A stretch of 64,000 nt of DNA from Octopus vulgaris (taxonomy: Eukaryota), in assembly GCA_951406725.2 (NCBI GenBank), contig OX597821.1, forward strand, positions 27,466,001-27,530,000. The letters run 5' to 3'. A program made the position numbers and the translations under genes. This document shows positions 1-13,821 of this stretch, piece by piece. The notes beneath the pieces are model-generated. The model worked only from the letters and a program-made list of their open reading frames with translations. It was not told the DNA's origin and ran no database searches. How positions within the stretch are numbered: the stretch's first letter is position 1; every line of letters starts with the position of its first letter.

Positions 1-714
1 GATACGAAGATGCAAAATTAACTCGGTATTAATATAAACGGTAAAAAAGTGAAAGGAATATACACCAGAGTAAGATATTCATTACCAAAGGATATTTAGT
101 GAAATGAAAATGCTAGAAAAGTTAGCATGATGAACATTGCACTTATAAGTAATCTTGAGAATTTTTTTTTATCTATAAACACCTGTATCCGTATTCGGAG
201 TTTTAGGAAGATCCATCACTATTTCATAATGTGAATTCATGGGGTTGGCCGGATTATTATTTAAGAAATAACCTCCAAATATATAATTTCCTTATATATC
301 TATGTTTCCTATATTTACTGATTCCTGTTGATGTGTTCTTTCTTTTGTCACTAAGCTTAAATATGAAAATCAAAATGATAAAGTAAAAAGGGCAACATAA
401 GAAAGAGAAGGGAAAATATTTTGCAAGCATTCAACAATATATCTATTCTGAATACTTAATCAGAGGATCATTTATCATGGAGAGAATTGCAGATTTCTAT
501 AGCATACGACATCTTGAAGAAACAAAAAAGTATCTAAAGTGAAAATGAAAATTGTAACAGAAACCACAAACAAAAGACATGTGTCAGAGTATAATAATAG
601 AAAATAATACGAAATACATTTGTCAGATTGGCGGTATCATTTGATTTTACATTAGAAAAACATATAGCTCTTGTTATGGTATATTTATGTCCAAGTGACT
701 ATATGTATGTATTT

Positions 715-716
<2 letters not shown>

Positions 717-764
<48 letters not shown>
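717..764. repeat. (CA)n microsatellite
   Basis: Directly visible perfect CA run; it explains the CVCV/THTH ORF at 699-911. Confidence 0.95.
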
Positions 765-766
<2 letters not shown>

Positions 767-1788
767 ATATATACACAGAGTGAGAGTAAGAGGTATAGAT
801 AAATACATACATACATGCATATATATATATATAAATACAATCACGCACTCGCAGGAATATACTTTCATTCATATATACATAAACATATGCATACAAGATA
901 CACGCATACATACGTTATATGTGTCTGTATTTGCGTAGCACTGTAAGTGTAATTTTAAGAAGAAAAGGATGCATATAGATGTAAACAGAAAAATAAACGT
1001 GTGAAGATGTTGACGAACATATCTATATATTTTGCTAAATGTATCATTAATTTTGATAATAAAATATCCTACAATATAAAAAGAGTGTATGGATGACAGT
1101 TTAGACACATTTGTTTTTACAAGGAGATGGAATTTCGATTAGTGCATGTTTATTTCACAACAGAATATTGTAAATTATTATTTAATGGCGTGTACTTTAT
1201 AGATGATTTTATTATTTATAAGGCGGTATAAGAACACAGGACGTCACATATCTGTTGAGTAGAGAAACAAAGGAACATACTTTCACATCATTTATTTCTA
1301 CTCACGCAACTGACATATCCGGCCCCACTGAAAGAAGTCAAAACCACAGATAGGAATTCATTGATTTGCATATACATTTAATTCACTCGCATATAGGGAT
1401 TATCATGTATAAATAGACAATAACACTCGAGTGTGTCCACCTTAACGGATATGAACATTCATTTACCCTCACCAATATATCCATATGTATCTATTCTTTA
1501 TACTGAACCTGTCTTCATCTATACGTGTCCATATATGTGCATTTCATTTCTGCGTAGTATTGAGTAGATGTGAAAGAGGTAAAGTAGGTGAGTGAGACAA
1601 AACTATTGAAATTCTTAACCGTTTGTACCAATGCATGTCAGACGTTTCGGGGTGAATTGAATTTTAACATAATATTTTCGTTGCACGAATCTACTTTGAT
1701 TTCTCATATACAACTGGAGTAATAATACTAATTCCACTTTACAAAAACACAAATATCATAATAGACGTCTCTCTTTAAATAGAATCAT

Positions 1789-2270
1789 GTGTTGTATAGG
1801 CGGCTAGAGTCGATGTCTTCTGGAGATAAACAACAGTAACATTCATCCCAAAATGGGACTGCCACATTAGGTTGCCAATAATCGTTACTTTAAAGTGTTT
1901 CTACCGAACATCTCTCGTTGGGAGATTTAGAAACAGCAATGTTTCTATTTTATTAAATACGTGACTGACTCACTTAGAAAATTATATATGTGCCCGAGCA
2001 TGTGTTTAGTAGCGCCATCTCAGCAAAAGTGTTATTCTGTGTCGATGAAGTGAAATAACCCCGAAACCGTACGGTACACTGATACTGCTTTGTGCTGGGT
2101 GGGGAGCTAACATCCCCTGTTCGAAAATATACAGACACAGATCGTGTGACATATAGCCAGCTGGAGACGATGTCTCTTGAGGCTACACAACATTAGCATT
2201 CGACCCAAAATGGGATTGGCACATCGGATTGACAAAACAATCGTTACTTTAAAGTGCTGCTAAAGAATAT
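1789..2270 (+). mobile_element. Penelope-like relic: two diverged ~120-bp direct repeats flanking a decayed hammerhead motif
   Basis: ~1789-1910 and ~2144-2270 share blocks (CGATGTCT, CCCAAAATGGGA, AATCGTTACTTTAAAGTG). Between them, 2036-2082 reads GTG-TCGATGA...CCCC-GAAA-CCGTACGG-TA-CAC. Confidence 0.45.
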
Positions 2271-2369
2271 TTTTTGTTGAGAGACTATTTTATGACTATT
2301 TTATACATACATACACACATATAAAAGAATACCCAAAATGGCGCAGGAACGCAAAACATCCAGACAGAC

Positions 2370-2510
<141 letters not shown>

Positions 2511-3629
2511 ATGTAATATGTGACAATTATTCGGTAGCCAAGATAAACGCCACCATCTCTTCAGTTATCCGGCCATCGGAGAAACGCTATGAGAAAAGAC
2601 CGTTATACAAAGGGAAATTACTGTGTTATTGACGCTATTTAGACAAAAGCGCTATTCGAATGACCGCTAATTAAGGTAAGGCGTAAGCGCGCCTGTTCAT
2701 ACGTATACATGTGTGCCCGTACACCCATGTACGGGCGCACATGTGTACGCATGTGTAAAAAAATATCTATAAACCAAATTCTCTGTAATAAAGAATATAA
2801 ATAAAATAAAAATAAAAGGTATAATGAGCTAAAAAAAACTTGTGCGTGGACATAATATAAAAAGCAAGTTCCACCTGTAGTCTTGTGGGGGACCAAAAAC
2901 GTATGTACCGCTTTTCAGTTGAGTGGAAGGAAAATAAATTAGAATTGTGTAAAGAGTCTGGGAAGTTCTGAAAGATTCACGGCGATGATAGTTGTTCTGA
3001 AAAAGAGGTTTTTTCAAGGTGGATAATTTGAATTGCCGAAATACATGTTTAAGGAGTTGTTTGGTTATATAACACCAGTAAATTATACAGTTTCAAAGCA
3101 AAACTGAGAAGATCATAGACAAAAGGAGCGAAGGAAGAGTCAGAATAAGTGACGGCCAATCAACTACATTAGTTATATAAATGGACCCCAGTCATACAAT
3201 GATGTTCGGTTAGCATGTACTTGTTTGTTTAAAAATAGAACACAAATAAAAGGTACAGAATGTCATAATATCCAAATATTGGACGTTTGTGTTTTGGACA
3301 GGTCAACGTCTTTATATTCCATTTTACGCAATTCAATGAAACAAAAGGAAAGGTTCATATTTAAGGAAGATTTAACAAAGGGGCGGGTGTATATAAATTA
3401 AGATAACTTATCTAAAATTGGTACTACTTATCAGGCTACAATAAGGATTCAGCAATGAATAGGATACTTAGGAGTTGAATATTTGGTGTAAAAATGAAAT
3501 GAAATGAAAAGGTATAGGGAATATTCCAGATTTATTGCAAGTTAAAGCAATAAATAAAACCTAATTAATCAAGGGTTGTGAAAAAATTGCGAAGAATGTA
3601 TAGATATACTTTCATTTCTTGATCCTCCA

Positions 3630-4410
3630 TTATATCTATCAAATCTCTCAACATAAAAATTGTATTATATATCGAACAAAGTGAACAAAGTTTATGTTGG
3701 CTACAAGAAGTCCATGTTCTTTTAAATTGTACTCTATTTCAAATACTCGATATAGAATTCTCTTTATATTTTGTAAAGACTATTCAGCAAACAGATAGCA
3801 TTTGCTGTTCGAATGCAAAAGTTGCGAATCTTAGGGAGAGGAGATTTAAGTCTATCAACGTTTGAGATGCTATGTAGTTTCTATAAGATCTATAAGATCT
3901 CTCAAGTTAAAGATTTGACAATAGAAAAAAATTCTGTTCCAAGTGTTTTCTATTTTTCTCCCTTTCTTTAAATTTTGCAGCTATTGATGACTTTTCTGTA
4001 ACAGATGTATTATTGACTATTTTGGGGATGCCATGGATTCTCAGATTTAGACGGATGGTAAAGTGGATTAACCATTCACATATATATGAAACTGACCAAA
4101 TATAAATAATGATAAATTAAAATGGGATGGATAGTAAACGACCACTGTTTAGATTGTTTGAAAAAATGTATTAATAGATGGTGTAGACAAGAAGTTGTAA
4201 GACCAGCGTAACTAGTCATTTGGTAATACCATTAAGAAAATACTATAAATATGTAAATATACATTTGAGAATTTGACCTTGTATGACATTAATATATTGA
4301 AAATATGCTGCAGTAGTGTAATCTTTTGAGATCATTTTGTAGTTCAAATATAGACATAAGAGAAAAGTTACATGTTTGTTTCATTTTGATTAAATACCTT
4401 ACAGTAATTT
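3630..4410 (+). mobile_element. Degenerate L1/Tx1-type LINE ORF2, APE endonuclease relic
   Basis: In-frame SIKSLNIK...LCWLQEVHV at 3635-3718 resembles the APE N-terminal SLN and LQE motifs. F*DHFVV at 4324-4344 resembles the C-terminal SDH motif. The spacing fits an APE domain; many stops. Confidence 0.5.
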
Positions 4411-4550
4411 CATCAATTAAAAAGGGCTATTTGTCTATATTCAAATAAATGCATATAGGATAAAATGTTGCTCAGAATTGGAACAAGTGATCGGATTCTG
4501 CGAAAGAATCACCTTCTTCCCCACAAATATTCATCATAAAAAAAGCGATA

Positions 4551-4711
4551 GCAGGAGTGGCTGTGTGGTGAGTAGCTTGCTTACCAACCACATGGTTCCG
4601 GGTTCAGTCCCACTGCGTGGCAACTTGGGTAAGTGTCTTCTGCTATAGCCCCGGGTCGACCAATTCCTGTGAGTGGATTTTGTACACGGAAACTGAAAGA
4701 AGCCTGTCGTA

Positions 4712-4774
<63 letters not shown>

Positions 4775-4953
4775 ATATGTTTGTGTGTCTGTGTTTGTCT
4801 CCCTAGCATTGCTTGGCAACCGATGCTGGTGTGTTTTCGTCCCCGTCACTTAGCGGTTCGGCAAAAGAGACCGATAGAATAAGTACCGCGCTTACCCAAG
4901 AATAAGTCTCGGGGTCAAATGACTGAAACAAGTAAAAGAGTGAGTAAAGAGTA
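4551..4953 (+). mobile_element. tRNA-derived SINE, family A, with internal (TA)n/(TG)n
   Basis: A-box-like TGGCTGTGTGG and B-box-like GGTTCAGTCCC; tail GACTGAAACAAGTAAAAGAG. Close paralogues at 51253, 53037 and 55221/56400. Confidence 0.85.
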
Positions 4954-5759
4954 TAGTAATATGACAACGATCTTGTTTTACATTGTGAACACTTTTTAGA
5001 ACCAAATTTCTTTTACATCCATATAACACTTAATTTTTCTTGAGATTCTCTGATCCAGAATCGTTATTTCAATTAACAAATGGTTCGTAGAATTTGCAGA
5101 GGTCAACAACATATTGCAATCAAAGTGGCTTTTTTTTGTATTTAAAGGATCTCAAAAGCATTTCAATGAATTACGCTAATGACACCGGACAAAGCGACAA
5201 CCTTCTATAACACAGTTCATATCCTGTGTTAAGACGAGAATATAAAAAAAAATATTGTTTCTGAGATTACAAAAATCCTGTTTTCAATAACAATGCATGT
5301 TAATTATCATGTAATTACATACTCCACACTCGTAAACTATCACTAATTTTTTTCTATTTTCTAAAGTGTTTTCTTCTTCATATAATTCGCTCTTAAGGAA
5401 ACAATGCTGAAAATTAAAGTATATATTTACACTAGAAACAGGATGCAGAATTAGTAAATAATATTGATTTCTATCTGACTTATGAATTTTACATATATTA
5501 AATCTCAACTGAAATTTTTCTGATCACTTTCATTATGTTGAGTTAAAAGCTACAATTAATTTCCTAGTTTATTGCTATAAGTAACATAATAGTAAACATG
5601 CAAATTTTTCTGTCAGTTTTAGTTCAGCTAGTTATAGAATTAATCTCACTTTTAAACTTTAGATCAACACGATTTAATGATTCACAGCATGGCTTCCCTC
5701 ACCATTCTAGCATAGTAGATCTTCAACTAGAAATACCTTCATCTCATGCAACAGTTTTA

Positions 5760-5912
5760 GGGTGAGGGGGTAAGTCGATTAGCTCTACCCCAACTATTTC
5801 TTAGTTTATTGACCATGAACGAATTAAGAATAAAGTCGACCTTGACGGAAGTTGAACTTGAAGTACTGCTAAATATTCTGCTCCACGTGCTAACAATTTT
5901 GCCAGCTCGCGC
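5760..5912 (-). mobile_element. Old SINE family C fragment
   Basis: Reverse complement resembles the AAGGCGGCGAGCTGGCAGAA head and GTCGACTTT segment of the copies at 52322 and 54084. Confidence 0.5.
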
Positions 5913-7337
5913 CTTATACAGTATTGCCGTTTGCCTATGGAAACTTTATATCTCCTCATTCAAGTACTTCGGTGGATATAATGGACTAAATACTGCCTAC
6001 AAATCAACAGATTGTCCTTAAGGTCAGAATAACTTGGTAAATAGTTATAATAGTACATAACACTGTCTCTCAAACATATGAAAATAAATAAAAAGTAGAT
6101 CTACACACCAGGAAAATAGGAAACTTCTACCCAGCAAATTCTTCAAATTATTTACCATGCATCGATATTTCATGCGCATATGCGCATATTTTTCTTGAAG
6201 CATTTTCTGAATAAATTTTAACGCTTGTAGAGGTATAAAGTACGCACTGTACTGATTAAAGTGTTCGCCTTGTTTAGTTATGCATAAACTATTAAGTTTT
6301 ACTTGTTTACCAGACAAGTTGTTTAGAAACGGATATTACAATATGCATTTTCTCTAGCAACCCCTTATAAACTACATTTTACCTACTTTTAGTTCGATTT
6401 GGATAGTAATTTTATCTGTGACTATCTATCTATCTCTCTACACACATACATACACGCATATACATATACATACATACACACATGTATGTATGTATGTTCG
6501 ATTGCATGTATTTATATGCATATGCATATATACACATATATATCTATGTATCAAGACACGCAGACATCCACAAAGAGATAACACAGAAACACATTCGTTT
6601 GTGGATCGATTAAATTTGAATGAATATGAAAGCCAAAATTTATAGACAGACGATGGTTTTTCTTCTGAAAATTGTGAAAACTTCTCAATGAGCTCTGATA
6701 TTCTCAGGCCCCATTTGCTCTTGCACATCTGATCCACTCTCATTTCCTCTCTACCGCCCTTGAAAATCTTGTGCAAGAGTAAATAGATGCTTGCTAATCT
6801 TTGAGCATTGTGGAGTTAAGCCATGAGCGTTAAAGTTAACCCGTTTCTACCTTTCAGCAGCGTTAACGCCCAGTTTAATTAATTGCGTAACGAACTTACT
6901 AATTGTCTTCAAGTCCCGACTGCATTCAGCAAATTAGTCACCTATAATAATTGTGTTTAGTCGAATGTGTCCAAAGTACTTTAACATATGTCTCATCCAT
7001 TTTGGAATAAGACATCTAGCAAATCAGCTTAGTAGATATATCGTAAGTGTATACTAAGATTAAAATAATCTAGGACAGATCTAACTGCCTCCTCTTAAAC
7101 TATCTCAAACCTTCTGGAATGCACCTCGTAAAACAAGTTTAATGCTATACTTTCTGGGTCGTTTTCTATTTAAAAGACATTTTTTTCTACTCAGATATCT
7201 TTTGTGTGTGGAAGAAGAGAAAGAAAAGAATTAAAATTAATAAATTATATCGGCAGATAGACAGACACCTAGATTGCTTCGTTAGCAGCTAGAAAGACAA
7301 CAGAAAGAGAAATAGATAGATAGATAGATAGAGAGAA

Positions 7338-7370
<33 letters not shown>

Positions 7371-8271
7371 GGAAGAGTTCAGTAAGTGCCTGAAGAAATA
7401 GAGACAACAGTTACAAACATTCCCTCAATTACACGTGTCGACAAATCACCAGCTAATCAGGCTTCTTTCTCTGAAATTGCGAATCAATCAATTAAAAAAA
7501 TAAACATACACAAAAACATACCTTGATTTAATGTAAAGATTTATTTAAGGTTATTATTTGAAAGTAATTAAAAAATAATTAAAACAGTGACTGGAGATTA
7601 GTGACTTCGTTTTTTAAATTCACTTACTCTAAATCATCAAATAACTTTTCTACTCATCAGATTTCCTCTCCTGAAACAATGAAAAAACGTTTTAAATTGA
7701 ATTTTAGCTGCAACTGTACTACATTTAGCTACTACTTTTATATAGAAGGTCAGTATTTCTCCTTTAAAATCATAAAGCATAGCTTTCCTCTCACTGGTTG
7801 AATTAAATGTCGGGCTATACATAAATCCCAGTCATATTGAATTTTTCAATAATCTTAATTAAATTTCATCTGGCCGTGTGTTATTGATATATTACGGATA
7901 GTTTGTGTGTTGAAACCGAAGAATTGTGAAGTGAAATTTGCACGGATTTCAAAACAAAAAGTGTAGTAAAACATAGTTGTAATGTTAGTGTTCCCTAAGT
8001 TTCTGAATTTTTGAACCTAATGCTAGCTGCACATAGCAAATAGAACAACGGAAAACAACTAAGACGAAAGAGACAAACACAAACAACCCAAACTGATAGG
8101 GTCGAAGCCACAAGAATGACACAGTGTGTGTTTGACAGAGAGACAGGGAGAGGGGAGGGAGAGAGAAAGAGGAGCAATAAGGAAGAAATATGTGAGAGAG
8201 AGCAGTGACACTCCGCTAGTATAAGCATAGTGTAGAAACGTTACCGAAATAAATGAATTGCCAATAGTCAT

Positions 8272-8477
8272 TACGAGGTGGGGTGATGAACATTTCCTGG
8301 CTTTGGATAAAAGAAAATATAGGAAGTTCAGTTAATTATGATTTTACTCAACACATTTCCTCCTCACATTACAGCGGCCCTTCAGTTTTTCTAAGCCCTG
8401 AAAAGAACGGGGAATGGTCTCCAAGCAGGCCGTTTGCGATAACCTTAAGGCCAGGAACGTATCAGCATCACCTCGCA
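8272..8477. mobile_element. Mariner-type MITE (~205 bp)
   Basis: Diverged TIRs TACGAGGTGGGGTGATGAACATTTCCTGGCTTT and AAGGCCAGGAACGTATCAGCATCACCTCGCA; TA-CGAGG terminus typical of mariner. Confidence 0.6.
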
Positions 8478-9914
8478 GTTTCTTTGAGGAGGTAACAGAA
8501 ATTTTTGAAAGATGCTACATTTTGTTCTTTTGCATATCAATCTCAATATTTTTCTTCCTACCTTTTTTTGGGGGGGGGGGGTGTTCAGTCAGAGGGTGTT
8601 TTTATATTCCTGTATGTAACTGGGTTTTGGAAACGCTTGTATTTTTATTTCATTCCTCAATATAATATGCACAAACCATGTCTGAATATTTGAATATGCT
8701 ATGCATGGTTTCAAAGGAAGAATTGTATTACAGCTATTTCGAGGGTAGTACGTACATTATATATATTTTTTATGCACAGTTCGTATATTCATATAATATG
8801 CAAAATTATCGTTAACATTCAGGAGGTAATTGAGTTTAAACTTCTGATGCTTGAAACAGAAAACGCTTCTTAAGCAAAGCAAATAATATTTTTTGTAATT
8901 TCCTTCTTACATTTTTTCTTTTTCACCTTTTTCATTCCTTCTTTTCCCCTTTCTTTCTTCTTTCTTCCTTTCTATCTTTCTTTCAGACATATGTGTATAT
9001 GAGCATGTGTGTGTCTGTTTATGCTTGCATGCATGTATGCGACTGCACATTTGTATTAACATCAATTTATGAGTTTTACAAAAAAATTATGAAAAGTATT
9101 CAATGAGCAAAAACAAAAATTATATTAAACAATATATTTAATTCAAAACTCTGTTGTTGATATCTTTCTACAAGTGTGCGATCTAAAAATCATTTACAAG
9201 ATAGCCGTTAGCCGTCAAACATATAATATTCTAAATTGCATTATAACGAATATAACTTAAACATACTGTAGAACATGTGTGCATCTTAAGGCAGGCATTT
9301 CTTATAAATAATAGATGTAAATGTGTTAGTTACATACAATAAAGACACTGCATTTTCACTAGGCTATAACTTATGATGATTGCAATTCTTTTTGCGATAA
9401 ATTGGTCATTTGAAATTATCCGTGTATCACGATCGGGAGCCCAATAGATAAATGAATAGCAATAGAAACAATAGATATTAAAGGATGGCCGACCGCAAAG
9501 TGGCAAAGGTGAACTCATTCAGAAAACAGCAGCTTGGAAATTACAGTTTGAACAGAATAGGCTTCCCCAATTCAATAATTATAGGACAAATCGTTTTAAT
9601 GAAGATTTATGAAGTTACATGCTTACTAATCTTCTAACTAAATTCATCACATTTACCAAAAAGCAGTATGAGTATCTGAATATATATATGTATATATATT
9701 TACCCATCTTTAAACTCCATTCTGTTGAACACCTCAAATGTAAATCACGAAGGTGGGGGCTGGTGGTATCCGATTATGGAATCAAGTTACAATCATTATT
9801 TTCGACCATAACGTCCCCAGAAACAGCTGTTGGATTCGTAAAATTCTTATACAGCCCCTTTAATTTCTGATATGAGTTATATTCTGTGTAATTCCGAGAA
9901 CCTAAAATATAAAA

Positions 9915-10010
9915 ACGACCTTGAGAAATTTGAACTTAGAACGGAAAGACGGACGAAATGACGCTAATGATTTTATCCGGCGCGCTGACGATTCCAGCAG
10001 CTAAGCACCT
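9915..10010 (-). mobile_element. SINE family C 5' fragment
   Basis: Reverse complement of the family C head (TTTGAACT...AGAACG...GACGAAATG...CTGACGATTC). Confidence 0.6.
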
Positions 10011-10042
10011 TGATCATCTACTTGAAATTTTCCGAAAGTTTA

Positions 10043-10258
10043 AGGTGGTGAGCTAACAAAATCGTCTGCCGCGTAGGAGAAAAGTCTAAGCAGCATTTCG
10101 CCCGTCCTTACGTTCTGAGTTCAAACTCCACCGAGACTTGCTTTACATTTCATCGTTTTGGAGTCGATAAAATTAATGTTTGTTGAACACTTGGGCCGAT
10201 GCAATCATCTAACCCTTCGCTCAAATTTTCTGGCCTTGTGCCAAAATACTAAACCAAT
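10043..10258 (+). mobile_element. SINE family C, diverged copy
   Basis: AAGGTGGTGAGCT...TTACGTTCTGAGTTCAAACTCC...TTTCATC...GTCGATAAAATTAA, colinear with 52322-52553. Confidence 0.7.
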
Positions 10259-10414
10259 ATTATTCAAAAATTAAGAGTGGTCAGAGAGTATGTCAAAAAA
10301 TAGTGTGTCCATATATCAAATCTAATTCTCGACCTCCTCCATTTCAAAATGTACTTCAGCTGTTTAAGATCCACCCACTATGCACGCACACACACGGACA
10401 CGCACGCACACACA

Positions 10415-10445
<31 letters not shown>

Positions 10446-11191
10446 GGACACACACACACAAATACACACATTCTCAACTGTGTTTAAAACGTAGTAAATT
10501 ATACGGTCCTCAAATAGTTTTTACTATTGATAATAAAAGATAAAAGAATTTATAAACGAAATGTGATGGAATTATGTTTTTAAATATCAAAAGAAAAATT
10601 TTTATGTGTAATTATATCAAAATTTAAACTGCAATAAAATATGAAAGCGATACAAACATTGAATTTAGTAGGTTTGTTATGTAGATTTTGAGACAAATAC
10701 GTCACTGTTTTTCAATACAAACATTGTTTTCGAAAATGTGTTATTTCTTGATAATTACACATCAAATTTTAATACCCAAAGTTCAAATGTAAGTGACATT
10801 ACGGGAGATTTCCGGAGTACTGAAGCGCCTTACCCTTTCCTTGTTATTGACATATAGGAGAAACTATGTTAAGAAAATTTAGAAAATAAGAAATATTCCA
10901 CGTAAAATGTGATGCTGAAGTGTACAATATTAAAATTAACATATGAAAGTTTCTGATTTGTAATTAATTGGAACGAAAGAATAATCATAGTTATATTTGG
11001 TATGTTTACACTGACAGATAAGAGTACATAATAGTATGTGATTTTTCAACTAGTACGGTAATAACTAAGAGGCAATCAGTTTTGTTTTACTTGTGAAGGA
11101 ATCTTAACGCCCTCCCTACTTATAGACAACAGCTATTTAGACAAAGAGTATTATTCTAAACTTCTGGTATAAAAACTATTAGCGTCATAAT

Positions 11192-11697
11192 GTACGAGGG
11201 TGAGTCAAAAAGTAAATCCATTTTGTTTAGGACAGGTATAATTACCAACTCAGGAACATGTATCATGCACCAAAATTAAGCTGGTCCTCTGTGGATCACA
11301 TCCCTTCTCAACATAGTCACCGTTTCTCTCAATAGCAATATTCCAACTTCGAATGAGAGCATGTATCACTGCACCGTAAAATTCCGTTGAAAGTTCCTTG
11401 AGCCACTTCTTCACTACCCCCACACTCACCAGATTTAGCGCCTTCAGACTATCATCTCTTCGGCCCCACAAAAGAGGGTTTGAGAGGCAAACATTATTCC
11501 AGTGACAAGAAAGTGAAAATTGTAGTGAAGAAGTGGCTCAAAGAACAGTCAACAGACTTTTACGGGGCGGGGATGCACGCTCTCGTTCGAAGGTAGAACA
11601 TTGCTATTGAGAGAAACGGTGACTATGTTGAGAAAAAGGGATGTGATCCGCAGAGGGCCAGCTTCATTTTGATGTATGATACATGTTCCGGTGTTGG
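11192..11697. mobile_element. Mariner 3'-end fold-back relic
   Basis: TIR TACGAGGGTGAGTCAAAAAG at 11192. The + strand from 11417 translates PPHSPDLAPSDYHLF...KKWLKEQ...R*NIAIERNGDYVEK (mariner YSPDLAP motif and C-terminus). ~11250-11416 is an inverted copy of ~11520-11690. Confidence 0.85.
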
Positions 11698-12142
11698 TAT
11701 ATCTTGTGATTCAAATTTTTACTTGGTAGGGAAATATTAGTTCAGAAAATAGGAGTAGATAACACATTAGATTCTTTTATCTTAGAAAAGTGGCTCCATT
11801 GGATATAGTATTAGAATTAGCTGAGATTTATTTGACGTTATTGGTGTAGGGATTAGAACAATATAAACTAGACTCGAGGCTATATCTAACATAACAGTAC
11901 CTGCTAAAATCTCTCTTTTATCTGTTCCTACCGCTATTCATATAGCAATTAGTGTACTGTCAAACACATGCCCATACATTTTGTGCATTCCTTTTGCTTT
12001 ATTTTCAAATCTCTCTCTCTCTCTTTTGAAGTCTTTCAATACACACAGACACACGCGTATACACACGCACGAACACATGCATATGCACAAAGTCATAACC
12101 ATATATTTATACATACATGCGTACACACACACACACAGACAT

Positions 12143-12229
<87 letters not shown>

Positions 12230-12782
12230 CATATGTATATGTATGTATATAATTCTTGTTCTTGTTCATGAATCTTTTGTGTACGAGTATTATGTTTCTC
12301 GAAATTGTCTACATCGATGACATTTAAATATATTGAAAGATTTGTAAATTTTACAATGACTGTGGCTGGTTCTGACAGCCTAATCTTGCACTGGTAATAT
12401 TTTCAACAATTTCCTCCCTTTTATTTTATGAAATATTTAGTTTAATAACAATTGTCCTTTTATCAGGGAAACATGTAGACGTATAGGCTATATTATTAGC
12501 AAATATCTGTGTATTGTCTGAAAACGTTTATCGTTTTGCATTGCTTGCAGCTTGACAAATGATATCCTAGATTTATTTGAAACAATTTAGTTTCATTTCT
12601 CAATTATTTCTTTCCTTTTTAATCATATTTGGTTTTTAACACATCAGTCTCTTTTCTTGTTGGCTGTTTTTTTCTCTTATTCGTTTTTTATATAGTCTTC
12701 TATTTACAATTAGAATGGCATTAAAGCTTTTTTTTTTAGACTGGAAGATTAGGCAATCCCAACTTCTGCTAAAATTAATGGA

Positions 12783-13146
12783 TGGAAGCACTCCGTCGGT
12801 TACGACGATGAGGGTTCCGGTTGATCCGAATCAACGGAACAGCCTGCTCGTGAGATTAACTTGTAAGTGGCTGAGCACTCCACAGACACGTGTACCTTAA
12901 CGTAGCTCTCGGGGATATTCAGCGTGACACAGAGAGTGACAAGGCCGGCCCTTTGAAATACAGGTACAACAGAAACAGGAAGTAAGAGTGAGAGAAAGTT
13001 GTGGTGAAAGAGTACAGCAGGGATCACCACCATCCCTGCCGGAGCCTCGTGGAACTATAGGTGTTTTAGCTCAATAAACACTCACAACGCCCGGTCTGGG
13101 AATCGAAACCGCGATCCTATGACCGCGAGTCCGCTGCCCTAACCAC
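12783..13146 (-). mobile_element. tRNA-derived SINE, family B variant
   Basis: Minus-strand head GTGGTTAGGGCAGCGGACTCGCGG...GGTTTCGATTCCC. The 3' half aligns with the copies at 51795 and 53557. Confidence 0.85.
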
Positions 13147-13374
13147 CATTTCAAGATGATAAAAATAATAAAAAAAAGGTATACCATTTTTCTATAAATG
13201 ATGGTCTTGTGATATTTAAGTCGACATTAACACAACAATAAATATTTTTAGAAGTGCATATAGCATTCGTAATAATACATGTGTTTAATTATGAAAAGTC
13301 ACTTCTAAAATGGGGTAGTTGAAAATCCGAACTATATAGGAGAGCACTCTGTATGGTAACATATTTATGAGTAA

Positions 13375-13664
13375 CTAGCAGTATCGTCCGGCGTTGCGGT
13401 TTGTTTAGACCCTTTAGAATTGTAATTTTTGAAAAGTAAAAATTTGGCAGTATGTTGCTTGTTATTCTCTTTAAGTGAAATACACCGAAAAATGCCAACA
13501 CAGCAGTCGAAACATCGTAAAAAATAGAGAGTTTCATAGAAAAAAGGCACCTTTTTGATGTAAATAAATTTTGGTGTTAACGTGGTCCGATTTGAATTTT
13601 TTCTTCTACGGAAGAAAGAGTTAGCCTTCTTCTATCATATTCTCATATATATATATATGTATAA

Positions 13665-13727
<63 letters not shown>

Positions 13728-13769
13728 AACATTTAAGCCTTCTGTCGTTTTTTCACACTTTACTATTTT

Positions 13770-13821
<52 letters not shown>

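Noticed and set aside
1-560. Possible L1-type ORF2 C-terminal (zf-RVT) relic
   Set aside because: The motif can be read only by invoking several frameshifts; too degenerate to support.
6438-6830. 112-aa minus-strand ORF with a non-repetitive N-terminal half
   Set aside because: No recognisable motif, an upstream in-frame stop, and the C-terminal half is microsatellite.
7400-8230. Possible promoter or 5' UTR-like region with GA-rich tracts
   Set aside because: No adjoining exon or ORF can be identified from sequence alone.
13085-13146. tRNA gene candidates at SINE heads (also 4551, 51795)
   Set aside because: A/B boxes continue into SINE bodies; I could not fold a complete cloverleaf.
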